Position numbers and translations under genes: made by a program. 64,000 nucleotides of DNA, taken from assembly GCA_963677485.1 (NCBI GenBank), contig OY781964.1, forward strand, positions 4,672,001-4,736,000, in the 5' to 3' direction. Shown here piece by piece: positions 29,041 through 38,069 of this stretch. The notes under the pieces were generated by a model. The model saw nothing but the letters and a program-made list of their open reading frames with translations. It did no database searches and was not told the origin of the DNA. Position 1 is the first letter of the stretch. Each line of letters begins with the position of its first letter. The stretch is from Armatimonadota bacterium (GTDB taxonomy: Bacteria; Armatimonadota; HRBIN16).

Positions 29041-31482
29041 ATGACAGATAGACCTAGTGTTGAAGACTTCGTCAATGCCATTCAACGATACGCAAATGGC
29101 GGAGTTGGAAAAAATGCCACGGAGTTAACGGGTCTTGACCTCTACTGGGTCATGGCGATGGCGATCAGGGAGCGGCTGCTCACTCGGATGAAAGACACCT
29201 ATCGCAGATACCAGACCCAAAACGCCAAGCGCATGTACTACCTGTCGATCGAATATCTCATCGGTAAATGCATGGAGACCAACCTGCTGAATACCCAGAG
29301 CTATAATAACTTCGCACAGGCAGCGCACCAATTGGGATATGAACTGCCTGATATCACAGGGCTGGAGCCAGACGCCGGGCTGGGTAACGGCGGTTTGGGA
29401 AGGCTGGCTGCCTGTTACCTCGATTCACTGGCCAGTCTCAACATGCCAGGATACGGGTATGGCATCAACTACGAGTATGGACTGTTTCGGCAGGAGATCG
29501 ATGACGGCTATCAGAAGGAGCGTCCCGACGCATGGAGAGCGTATGGCTCACCATGGCTGGTAGAACGGCCCGAAGAACGGCTTGAGATCCCGATATACGG
29601 CCATATCGAACACTCCACGGACCGGCATGGCGAATATAACCCAATGTGGGATGACTGGAAGGTGATCATTGGTGTGCCTTCTGATTTCCCAATTGTGGGC
29701 TACGGTGGTGATACGGTCAACAGCCTGCGGTTATATAGTGCCAGAGCGTCCGAGGATTTCGATATCAATATATTCAACTCCGGAGACTATCTCAGCGCGG
29801 TCGAAAGCAAGATGCAAAGCGAGACGATATCGAAGGTGCTGTATCCTTCCGATTCGGTCGATCGTGGAAAAGAGCTTCGGCTAGTACAGGAATACTTTTT
29901 CGTGGCCTGTGCACTACGAGATATATTGAACAAGTTTGATGCAGAGGTCGGTGATCTCTCAAAACTACCGGACTTTGTGGCCATCCACCTCAATGACACT
30001 CACCCTACGCTCGCGATTGCTGACCTCATGCGCCTGCTGATCGACGAGAGAAATCTGGAATGGGATGATGCATGGGCCATCACCACAAAGGTGTTTGCCT
30101 ACACCAACCACACACTGATGCCGGAAGCACTGGAAAAATGGTCTGTTTCACTAGTTGAATTTGTGGTGCCTCGACACCTGCAGATCATCCGTGAGATTGA
30201 CCGCAGGCACATAGAGATGCTGAACAAACAGTATCCTGGTCGGCAAGACCTTATCAACGAGACAGGAATCATAGAGCAGGGGAGTAATCCACTGGTGCGC
30301 ATGGCCAATCTGGCCATTCTGGGCAGTCATAGCGTGAATGGCGTGGCTAAGATACACTCTGAGCTGATTACCAGCCGCCTGGTGCCAGGTTTCGCTTCGA
30401 TCTTTCCTGAACGCTTCAACAACAAAACCAATGGCGTGACGCAACGCCGATGGCTGTTGAAAGCGAACCCAGGGCTGGCATCCTTAGTGACTGAGACCAT
30501 TGGCGACAACTGGCTGCTTGATCTCTACCAGCTCAAACGGCTAGAGGATGTGATCGACGAGCGTTCCTGGCTTGATCGCTTCATGGAAGTCAAGCGTGAG
30601 AACAAACTGCTGCTCGCGAAAACATTAGAAGACGTGTGTTTGTTGAAGATCGATCCGTCAGCAATGATTGATGTACACGTCAAACGAATCCATGAGTATA
30701 AGCGGCAACTGCTCAAAGCGCTGCATGTGATCCATCTCTATCTCAAGATCGTAGAGGATGGGGGCACGCCCACGGTGCCTCGAGTCGTGCTGATCGCTGG
30801 CAAAGCGGCTCCTGGATATCGTGTAGCCAAGCAGATCATCAAACTGATATGCAGCATTGCGGATATTGTGAATCACGATCCCAAAGTTGGGCCTTGGCTG
30901 AAGCTGGCTTTCGTACCGGACTACCGAGTCACTCTGGCTGAGCAGATCATACCTGCGACTGACGTCTCTGAGCAGATATCAACGGCCGGATATGAAGCAT
31001 CGGGCACAAGTAATATGAAGTTTGCGCTCAATGGAGCCATCACTGTAGGCACTATGGACGGTGCGAACATCGAGATCCGTGAAGAGGTGGGCCAAGAGAA
31101 TATCTTTATATTCGGGTTAAGTGCACAACAGGTTGAAGATCACCAACGTAACCATACCTACCAACCATGGGATATATACAACGGCGACATGCGTGTGAAG
31201 CGGATTCTAGATTGTTTCCTGACAGATCGGTTCAGCCCTGGCCATGGTGCCCAGTTCCAGTGGGTGTATGACTATCTGCTGAGCCTGGGTGACTACTATT
31301 TCAACCTTGCGGATCTACCGGAATATATCGACACCCAGGAAGCTATAGAACAACTCTACACACAGCCGACGAAGTGGAGCCAGATGGCTGCATTGAATGT
31401 GGCACGAATCGGCAAGTTTAGCAGTGATCGTGCGATTACGGAGTATGCAGACCAGATTTGGCACATCACCGAATCGCTGTAG
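29041..31482 (+). CDS. glgP: Glycogen/alpha-glucan phosphorylase
   Basis: LGNGGLGRLAAC, LNDTHP, KTNGVTQRRWL, KRIHEYKRQ, EASGTSNMKF. Confidence 0.98.
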   Translation: MTDRPSVEDFVNAIQRYANGGVGKNATELTGLDLYWVMAMAIRERLLTRMKDTYRRYQTQNAKRMYYLSIEYLIGKCMETNLLNTQSYNNFAQAAHQLGYELPDITGLEPDAGLGNGGLGRLAACYLDSLASLNMPGYGYGINYEYGLFRQEIDDGYQKERPDAWRAYGSPWLVERPEERLEIPIYGHIEHSTDRHGEYNPMWDDWKVIIGVPSDFPIVGYGGDTVNSLRLYSARASEDFDINIFNSGDYLSAVESKMQSETISKVLYPSDSVDRGKELRLVQEYFFVACALRDILNKFDAEVGDLSKLPDFVAIHLNDTHPTLAIADLMRLLIDERNLEWDDAWAITTKVFAYTNHTLMPEALEKWSVSLVEFVVPRHLQIIREIDRRHIEMLNKQYPGRQDLINETGIIEQGSNPLVRMANLAILGSHSVNGVAKIHSELITSRLVPGFASIFPERFNNKTNGVTQRRWLLKANPGLASLVTETIGDNWLLDLYQLKRLEDVIDERSWLDRFMEVKRENKLLLAKTLEDVCLLKIDPSAMIDVHVKRIHEYKRQLLKALHVIHLYLKIVEDGGTPTVPRVVLIAGKAAPGYRVAKQIIKLICSIADIVNHDPKVGPWLKLAFVPDYRVTLAEQIIPATDVSEQISTAGYEASGTSNMKFALNGAITVGTMDGANIEIREEVGQENIFIFGLSAQQVEDHQRNHTYQPWDIYNGDMRVKRILDCFLTDRFSPGHGAQFQWVYDYLLSLGDYYFNLADLPEYIDTQEAIEQLYTQPTKWSQMAALNVARIGKFSSDRAITEYADQIWHITESL

Positions 31483-31620
31483 CGGCATCCTCTGGGAGCT
31501 TGCAGGGTAACTCGTAAGCACCTGCCCATGCTGACACGGCAGCCCAGGCTGTAACGGACGCGTCACGGGGAGACGACAGATCGATAAGCGAACGGCTATT
31601 CGCCTCTATGGCAGCCAAGC

Positions 31621-31790
31621 GTTGCCTATGTCCGGGGCGGTCTGTGCGTAGGCTAGCGGATGTAGAAGGCCCAAGACCGCGCCGGTCTGGCGGATAGCCT
31701 TGATAGATTTGTGTCAGGAATAAGACCGGCGCGGTCTATAGACAGTGGCCACCGCAGGCGTAATGACAGACCGCCCCGGACATAGCCAAC
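31621..31790. repeat. Nested inverted-repeat element (REP/MITE-like or structured RNA)
   Basis: 25-bp IR with 1 mismatch (31621-31645 / 31766-31790) enclosing a perfect 15-bp IR (31674-31688 / 31723-31737). Confidence 0.8.
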
Positions 31791-31819
31791 CCAGTTACCT
31801 ACCCAGCTCCCAGCTTTGG

Positions 31820-32590
31820 TTAATGATGCATGTTCAGTATCCCAAATAGGAAATGTGAAGTCTGTGCACCGGCCACAATCACCGGATTCGTGATGTCGAT
31901 CGGACGGCCATCGGCAAGAACTCTGGGATGCCAGTCTTTCCCGTCGCGTGTTTTGATGATGGCCCCGGCCTCTTTACACAACAACCAGCCGGCGGCGATG
32001 TCATACAACCGTCCCTGAGCAAAAGCAGCTCGGAACCGCCCTGCAGCGACCCAGCACATTTTCACTACACAACTGCCTACATTACGCGGCTTTCCGGGGA
32101 GGACGTCCAGGAACTCTCCACGAGTGCAATCTCCGCTGAAGCAGATCGTGTCCTCTTTAGCCATGCCGTCCGAGTCATTGACATGGATTGACACGCCGTT
32201 CAGCATGACACCACGGCCAGCTTCCGCCACATACATCTCGTCGATTTTCGGCAGGAATATGACACCCAGAACGGGCTCGAGGTTGTGCAGCAGAGCCACC
32301 GATACACCCCATAATGGCATCCCCAGCGAGTAGTTCGTGGTGCCATCAATAGGATCGCAAGCCCACAGATACTCAGCTTGCCTGTTGGTCACTTCCTGCT
32401 CTTCTCCGTAAAACCCGCTTCCGGGGATCAGCGGCAAAAGTTGCTTGCGCAGATAACTCTCAACCGCCTTATCTGCATTCGTGACTACGCTTTCGTCGGC
32501 CTTCAACTCTATCTCAAGCTCGGATTGAAGCTTGAGTGCCATCAAACCGGCATGCCTCACATGTTCAACGATGATACTGGTATCTACCAT
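31820..32590 (-). CDS. suhB: Inositol monophosphatase family protein
   Basis: VTNAD, GEE, W..DPIDGTTNY, YDIAAG motifs. Confidence 0.88.
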   Translation of the reverse strand: MVDTSIIVEHVRHAGLMALKLQSELEIELKADESVVTNADKAVESYLRKQLLPLIPGSGFYGEEQEVTNRQAEYLWACDPIDGTTNYSLGMPLWGVSVALLHNLEPVLGVIFLPKIDEMYVAEAGRGVMLNGVSIHVNDSDGMAKEDTICFSGDCTRGEFLDVLPGKPRNVGSCVVKMCWVAAGRFRAAFAQGRLYDIAAGWLLCKEAGAIIKTRDGKDWHPRVLADGRPIDITNPVIVAGAQTSHFLFGILNMHH

Positions 32591-32607
32591 TCTGAATATA
32601 TCCCTTC

Positions 32608-32645
32608 AAAAAAATGAGGTGTTGGCCTGTTTTGCCAACACCTCA
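32608..32645 (-). terminator. Intrinsic terminator after mdh/ldh
   Basis: TGAGGTGTTGGC / GCCAACACCTCA hairpin with 7-T tail on minus strand. Confidence 0.85.
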
Positions 32646-32661
32646 ATGATTTTCATCGTGG

Positions 32662-33585
32662 CTAGAAGCTCACCTGTGAAAGCATCGCCTTCAACGCATC
32701 TCCAGAGGCTTTCAGCCCGGCAGCCTCATCCTCAGGCAGTTGAGGATCTATGACGCATTCTACGCCCTTACGGCCGATGATGGTGGGCAGACTGATACAA
32801 ACATCGGACATCCCGCACTGTCCGCTCATCAAAGAGGAGACCGGCAGCACCGATTGTCTATCCAGTGCGATCGCATGAACCACTTCAGCGATGGCGATAC
32901 CCACGCCGTATCCCGCTCCGCCCTTCAGTTTGATCATCTCAGCACCGCTTTTTTTGGTGCGATCGAAAATCTCATCCACTTTGGCTTTGTCATACCCACG
33001 GAAACTGCTCATGGCGACACCGTTGATGGTGGCGGAGCTCCAAGCTGCGATCATGCTGTCACCGTGTTCGCCAAGAACCAATGCCTTGACGTCAAGCGCA
33101 GATACATTGAAGTATTCGGCAAGGAATGAGCGGAAGCGGAGGGTGTCCAGCGTTGTGCCCAGACCTATCACTTGGTTGGAGGGAAGTCCGATCTCCTTGA
33201 CGGCTAGATAGGTCAGAATGTCGACGGGGTTGCTGACAACCAGAATAATGGTGTTATGATCAATCACCTTCTTGAGGTCTTGAATAATACCGCGGAATAG
33301 TCCCACATTGCGGTTGATCAAGTCAAGGCGTGACTCGTCTGGCTTACGGCGCAACCCCGCCGTGATGACGACGATATCGGAACCAGCCGCCTGCTCAATC
33401 CCTCCGCTTGTGATCTTCTGGGATGCAACGTATGCGGAACCATGACGCAGGTCAAGTGCTTCACCTGCAGCCATGTCTAAATTAACATCTATAACTGCCA
33501 GCTCTTTGACGATGCCAGCGAGTTGAAGCGCGAACAGGGCGTTGGAGCCTACACGGCCTCCGCCTCCGATAACGCTAACCTTCAT
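32662..33585 (-). CDS. LDH-like malate/lactate dehydrogenase
   Basis: IGGGGRVG, ITAGLRRKPDESRLDL, NPVD, LDTLR, GEHGDS. Confidence 0.92.
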   Translation of the reverse strand: MKVSVIGGGGRVGSNALFALQLAGIVKELAVIDVNLDMAAGEALDLRHGSAYVASQKITSGGIEQAAGSDIVVITAGLRRKPDESRLDLINRNVGLFRGIIQDLKKVIDHNTIILVVSNPVDILTYLAVKEIGLPSNQVIGLGTTLDTLRFRSFLAEYFNVSALDVKALVLGEHGDSMIAAWSSATINGVAMSSFRGYDKAKVDEIFDRTKKSGAEMIKLKGGAGYGVGIAIAEVVHAIALDRQSVLPVSSLMSGQCGMSDVCISLPTIIGRKGVECVIDPQLPEDEAAGLKASGDALKAMLSQVSF

Positions 33586-33702
33586 TTGGTCTTCTCCTTA
33601 ATGTAATGGCCGCGGATGTCCGCCGGCCAAGCATGGTAACGAAGGCGGTATTGCTGCCTACAATACAATTGTATCTTACCCAGCGTTAGTTTGCGAAATA
33701 AA

Positions 33703-35112
33703 TCACAATATATACCGGCTCACCTCATCCATGCTGATGGTGTCAGCCATCTGCTTTACCACCATGTTACTGTCAACCACGACAGTCTGCCCCGATAAAG
33801 TGTCGGCCGAGAAGCTGACCTCTTCTAGCACTCGCTCGAGAACGGTCTGCAACCTCCGGGCACCGATGTTCTCTTGGTGTGCATTGATATCGGCGGCTAT
33901 ACTTGCGATGGCGGTGATCGCATCGGGTTGAAACACCAAATGCACGCCTTCCGTAGCCAGTAAGGCTTCATACTGTTTGACGAGCGCGTTGTGCGGTTCC
34001 ACTAGAATACGCTCAAAGTCAGCCTGTGTTAAGCTGTCCAGCTCCACTCTGATGGGCAACCGCCCTTGAAGCTCCGGCACCAGATCACTGGGCTTTGACA
34101 TGTGAAATGCCCCAGCAGCGATAAACAGCACATGCTGGGTCTTAACGGGCCCGTGCTTGGTATTAACTGTCGTGCCCTCAATGATGGGCAGCAGGTCACG
34201 CTGCACACCCTCTCGAGAGACATCAGCCCCTGAACGGCCCTGAGAGCCCGCGATCTTGTCGATCTCGTCGATAAACACAATGCCCTGTTGTTCTGTGCGT
34301 TGGATGGCGAGTTGAATCAATTCATCCTTGTCGAGCAGTTCCTTCGCGCATTCCTGAGCATAGATGCGCTTAGCCTCGAGCACAGTCACTCGTCGGCGTC
34401 TCTTCTTACCGCCCAGCAGGTTCTGTAACGCCTCTGGTATATCGCCGCCGCCCTCATCGGAATCCTGTTGGCCATAAGCCTGAAAAGGGGTCGTTTGAGC
34501 GGCTCCGGCTGAGACCTCGATTTCGATCTCGTCGTTATCCCGTTCTCCATCGATGATCTGCTTGCGGAACCTGGCAGCAAGCCGGTCCTCGGCTTCGGAG
34601 CTGGGTGGTTCCGCCTCTCCTTCTGTGCTGGGTGCCGCTTTTTGGTTGAAGATGGAGCCGAAGAAGGGCAGGGGACCGGATTCTGTTTTGCGTTTACGGC
34701 TAGGAATGAACACATCAATGATGCGTTCAACCGCCATCTGAGCCGCTTTGTCCTTCACCATCTCCGTCTTTTCGGTTTCGACCAGCCGAAGCGCGACCTG
34801 CAGCAGATCGCGAACGATGGAATCCACATCGCGGCCGACATAACCCACTTCGGTGAACTTGGTGGCTTCAACCTTTAGAAATGGCGCGTTGACCAACAAA
34901 GCCATACGCCTGGCGATTTCGGTCTTGCCAACGCCCGTCGGGCCCATCATGAGTATGTTCTTGGGAATCACCTCGTCACGGAAGTCATCAGGCAGCAACG
35001 CACGCCTGTAGCGGTTACGCAGAGCGATCGCGACCGCCCGCTTTGCCTTCGACTGTCCGATGATGTATCGGTCAAGCTGAGCCATGACCTCGGCTGGGGT
35101 TAAGTTTTGCAT
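33703..35112 (-). CDS. hslU: ATP-dependent protease ATPase subunit HslU
   Basis: PKNILMMGPTGVGKTEIARR, KFTEVGYVGRDV, ENIGARRL, C-terminal RYIL. Confidence 0.97.
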   Translation of the reverse strand: MQNLTPAEVMAQLDRYIIGQSKAKRAVAIALRNRYRRALLPDDFRDEVIPKNILMMGPTGVGKTEIARRMALLVNAPFLKVEATKFTEVGYVGRDVDSIVRDLLQVALRLVETEKTEMVKDKAAQMAVERIIDVFIPSRKRKTESGPLPFFGSIFNQKAAPSTEGEAEPPSSEAEDRLAARFRKQIIDGERDNDEIEIEVSAGAAQTTPFQAYGQQDSDEGGGDIPEALQNLLGGKKRRRRVTVLEAKRIYAQECAKELLDKDELIQLAIQRTEQQGIVFIDEIDKIAGSQGRSGADVSREGVQRDLLPIIEGTTVNTKHGPVKTQHVLFIAAGAFHMSKPSDLVPELQGRLPIRVELDSLTQADFERILVEPHNALVKQYEALLATEGVHLVFQPDAITAIASIAADINAHQENIGARRLQTVLERVLEEVSFSADTLSGQTVVVDSNMVVKQMADTISMDEVSRYIL

Positions 35113-35114
35113 GA

Positions 35115-35663
35115 CTAAGCCTCCTGAACGGCTGGCAGCACTTCGCAAATGATACGATCATTGGTATAGATACACAGCTCTGATGCGATCTTCATCGCTT
35201 CTTTTGCGATAAACGAAGCATCATTCTCAGTATGGGCCAACAAGGCCCGCGCGGCTGCGGTGGCATAGTTCCCGCCGCTGCCTATGGCGATCACATCACC
35301 CTCTGGTTCAATCACATTCCCATCTCCCGACAGCAAGAGCAGTCCTGTGTTGTCCGCGACGATCATCATTGCTTCTAGACGACGCAGATTTCGGTCGGTG
35401 CGCCATTCCTTGGCGAAGTCGACAGCCGCCCGCTTGAGTATGCCTCCGCTGGCCTCCAGTTTGGCTTCAAACGCATCGCTGAGAGCCTGCGCATCCGCGA
35501 CAGAGCCTGCGAAACCCGCCAGCACCTTGCCATGGTACATGCTGCGAACCTTGCGGGCGTTGCCTTTCAGCACCACCTCTCCCAAGGTGACCTGACCATC
35601 GGCTGCTAATGCGGTGATGCCGTTCCGACGTACGGCCACGACCGTGGTGCTACGAATCTTCAT
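35115..35663 (-). CDS. hslV: ATP-dependent protease peptidase subunit HslV
   Basis: STT N-terminus, DGQVTLG, GFAGSVADA, AIGSGG, CIYTN. Confidence 0.97.
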   Translation of the reverse strand: MKIRSTTVVAVRRNGITALAADGQVTLGEVVLKGNARKVRSMYHGKVLAGFAGSVADAQALSDAFEAKLEASGGILKRAAVDFAKEWRTDRNLRRLEAMMIVADNTGLLLLSGDGNVIEPEGDVIAIGSGGNYATAAARALLAHTENDASFIAKEAMKIASELCIYTNDRIICEVLPAVQEA

Positions 35664-36600
35664 CTTTATCTATCTCCTGCATGGCAAGTGGGTGAGCACG
35701 CTCGTAGTCTTTCCTGAGATTACCTTTCGAGACGTGCGTATATATCTGTGTGGTGATGATACTAGCGTGCCCCAGCAGCTCCTGGACGCTGCGGATGTCG
35801 GCACCATGATCGAGTAAGTGGGTCGCAAAGGAGTGCCTGAGTGTGTGTGGCGTGGCAGGTGATCCTTGTGTGTGCTCATCAACCAGGGCATGAAAAATGC
35901 GTCGTATCGATCGGTCGGTCAGATGTCCACCGTTCGCGTTGAGAAATAACCAGCCAGGGTCATTGGCCTTCACTAGCTGCGGTCTCAACTCTCCAATGTA
36001 GCTTTGCAATGCCTGGCTTGCTGGGTCACCAAATATCACCAGCCGCACCTTACGTCCTTTACCGACCACCCTGATCTGACAGGACGCCCAGTCAATATCG
36101 CCGATTTTGATTGCTGCCAATTCCGAAATGCGTAACCCCGTGGCGTAAAGCAATTCTAAAATGGCGAGATCGCGCAAGACGAACCGGCTTGCTTCGTCGC
36201 CAGCCAGGCTGTCTGTGATCTGCTGCTCAGTCAACACCGTGGGCAGTTCGCGTGGGATCGATGGCAGCGTCAGTCCGTTCGTGGGATTCTCCATCGACGG
36301 GGTTTCACTGCATAGCATGGCATACAGACATCTCAACGCCGCCATCCGGCGGTGGACCGTTCTTACCGACAGGGCGTGCCGGTAGAGATGAGCGAGGTAG
36401 CCCCGCACACTTAACGTGGTGACGCACTGCCAGTCTGCGCAGCTATTATCGTGAAGGTAATTCGCAATATCCATCAGATCACATCTATAGTTACGTAAAG
36501 TGTGCTCTGACAGGTTCCGCTTGGTCGCAAGCTGTTGAAGCAGGCTCTCAATTGGCCGTGTCAATGACTCAGGGAGTGCTAGTCCGTGATGCTGTTCCAC
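35650..36600 (-). CDS. xerC: Tyrosine recombinase XerC (CodV-like)
   Basis: LYATGLRISEL, GKGRK, HTLRHSFATH, LLGH, TQIYTH; context trmFO-xerC-hslVU. Confidence 0.92.
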   Translation of the reverse strand: MEQHHGLALPESLTRPIESLLQQLATKRNLSEHTLRNYRCDLMDIANYLHDNSCADWQCVTTLSVRGYLAHLYRHALSVRTVHRRMAALRCLYAMLCSETPSMENPTNGLTLPSIPRELPTVLTEQQITDSLAGDEASRFVLRDLAILELLYATGLRISELAAIKIGDIDWASCQIRVVGKGRKVRLVIFGDPASQALQSYIGELRPQLVKANDPGWLFLNANGGHLTDRSIRRIFHALVDEHTQGSPATPHTLRHSFATHLLDHGADIRSVQELLGHASIITTQIYTHVSKGNLRKDYERAHPLAMQEIDKDEDS

Positions 36601-37898
36601 CAGTCGTCAAACCTCATCTGTGCGTTTGTTACCTTGGCAGCATATCTATCTTTTTTGCTGCGAATATGGTCGCCCTCTTCTGCAATGATACCCAGATTTG
36701 CGTTCACAGGTTGGAAATGCTTCACTTCAGGGAAGCAGATGGCGTTGATGAGCGATCCCAAGATCGTCTGCTTGGGAGGAAACACCAGTGTTTGCTGCGA
36801 CTGTTGCCTGCGAAGGTTAAACGCTGCCAGTATACCGGTCGCGGCACTCTCAACATAACCTTCTACACCGGTGATCTGGCCGGCAAGAAAGATATTAGGT
36901 TCATCACGTAGTTGCAGAGTGGGCAACAGAACCTCTGGAGCGTTCACAAACGTGTTTCGGTGCATGGCACCGTAGCGGGTGAACTCGGCTTTTTCTAGAC
37001 CAGGAACCAATCTAAAAACACGCGTCTGATCAGGCCACTTCATACGGGTCTGGCAACCTACCAGCCCGTAGACGGTTCCTTCAGAGTTTTCCTGGCGCAA
37101 CTGAATGCAGGCCCAAGGCCGCCGTCCTGTGCGAGGGTCAGTCAGGCCTACCGGCTTGAAGGGGCCATATCGCAGCGTGTCGGCTCCGCGTTCGGCCAAA
37201 ACCTCCACGGGAAGACAGCCTTCGAAGTAGCTGGGCTTATCCACATCACTCCAGGGCACACGAGCAGCTTCCAGAAGCGCTTCGTAGAACAGGTCATACT
37301 CCGGTTTGGAGAATGGGCAGTTCAAGTAACTATCCGGCTCGCCTTTGTCATATCGGCTGGCAGCAAACACCACATCAAGGTCCAGTGAGCTCTTCTCGAT
37401 GGAGGGCGCGATCGCGTCATAGAATGAGAGCTGCTGTTGTCCCACGATCGCAGCCAGGGCCTCAGCCAGCGGCTCAGATGTCAACGGCCCTGATGCCAGA
37501 ATCATCGGCTGGTCGGCGGGCAGTGAGGTAACCTCTTCCCGAATGACGTTGATCAGTTCATGCGACTGCAAAGCCTGGGTCACCTGAGCGCCGAAACGCT
37601 CGCGGTCCACCGCCAGAGCGTGACCTGCCGGCACGCGGGTCTTTTCGGCTATGTCAAGCAACAAGGAGCCCATCTTGCGCATCTCCCACTTCAACTGTCC
37701 TGAGGCGCTGTCCCAGCGGTCACTTTTCAGCGAGTTGCTGCAGACTATCTCAGCGAGAGCATCCGTGCTGTGAGCGGGTGTCATCTTGTGGGGACGCATC
37801 TCGTAGAGGTTCACGGGGATGCCGTGTTCTGCCAGGTGCCAGGCGGCTTCGGCTCCTGCGAGTCCTCCGCCTACAATGGTGATGGGTTTCTGTGCCAA
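36579..37898 (-). CDS. trmFO: tRNA m5U54 methyltransferase TrmFO (Gid)
   Basis: GGGLAGAEAA, EMRP, CSNS, YFEGCLPVE, MHRNTF, GQITGVEGY. Confidence 0.97.
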   Translation of the reverse strand: MAQKPITIVGGGLAGAEAAWHLAEHGIPVNLYEMRPHKMTPAHSTDALAEIVCSNSLKSDRWDSASGQLKWEMRKMGSLLLDIAEKTRVPAGHALAVDRERFGAQVTQALQSHELINVIREEVTSLPADQPMILASGPLTSEPLAEALAAIVGQQQLSFYDAIAPSIEKSSLDLDVVFAASRYDKGEPDSYLNCPFSKPEYDLFYEALLEAARVPWSDVDKPSYFEGCLPVEVLAERGADTLRYGPFKPVGLTDPRTGRRPWACIQLRQENSEGTVYGLVGCQTRMKWPDQTRVFRLVPGLEKAEFTRYGAMHRNTFVNAPEVLLPTLQLRDEPNIFLAGQITGVEGYVESAATGILAAFNLRRQQSQQTLVFPPKQTILGSLINAICFPEVKHFQPVNANLGIIAEEGDHIRSKKDRYAAKVTNAQMRFDDWWNSITD

Positions 37899-38069
37899 AT
37901 ATATCTATCCTTCATGGTGCCATATGCGCGCTTCGGCATAGGGTGACCTAACTATACGATAACTGTCTGTGGTTGATTGTGCCAGCACGTAATGAACAGA
38001 TGCCCATCATCGGGTATAATACCGAAGTACCTATACTATGTTCCGGCACAGTAAACTAAATGATGTACG

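Noticed and set aside
31612-31624. 13-mer CAGCCAAGCGTTG shared with 63564-63576
   Set aside because: A single short match with no flanking similarity, compatible with chance.
35650-36600. Tyrosine recombinase as a phage or island integrase
   Set aside because: Size and trmFO/hslVU context indicate housekeeping XerC.
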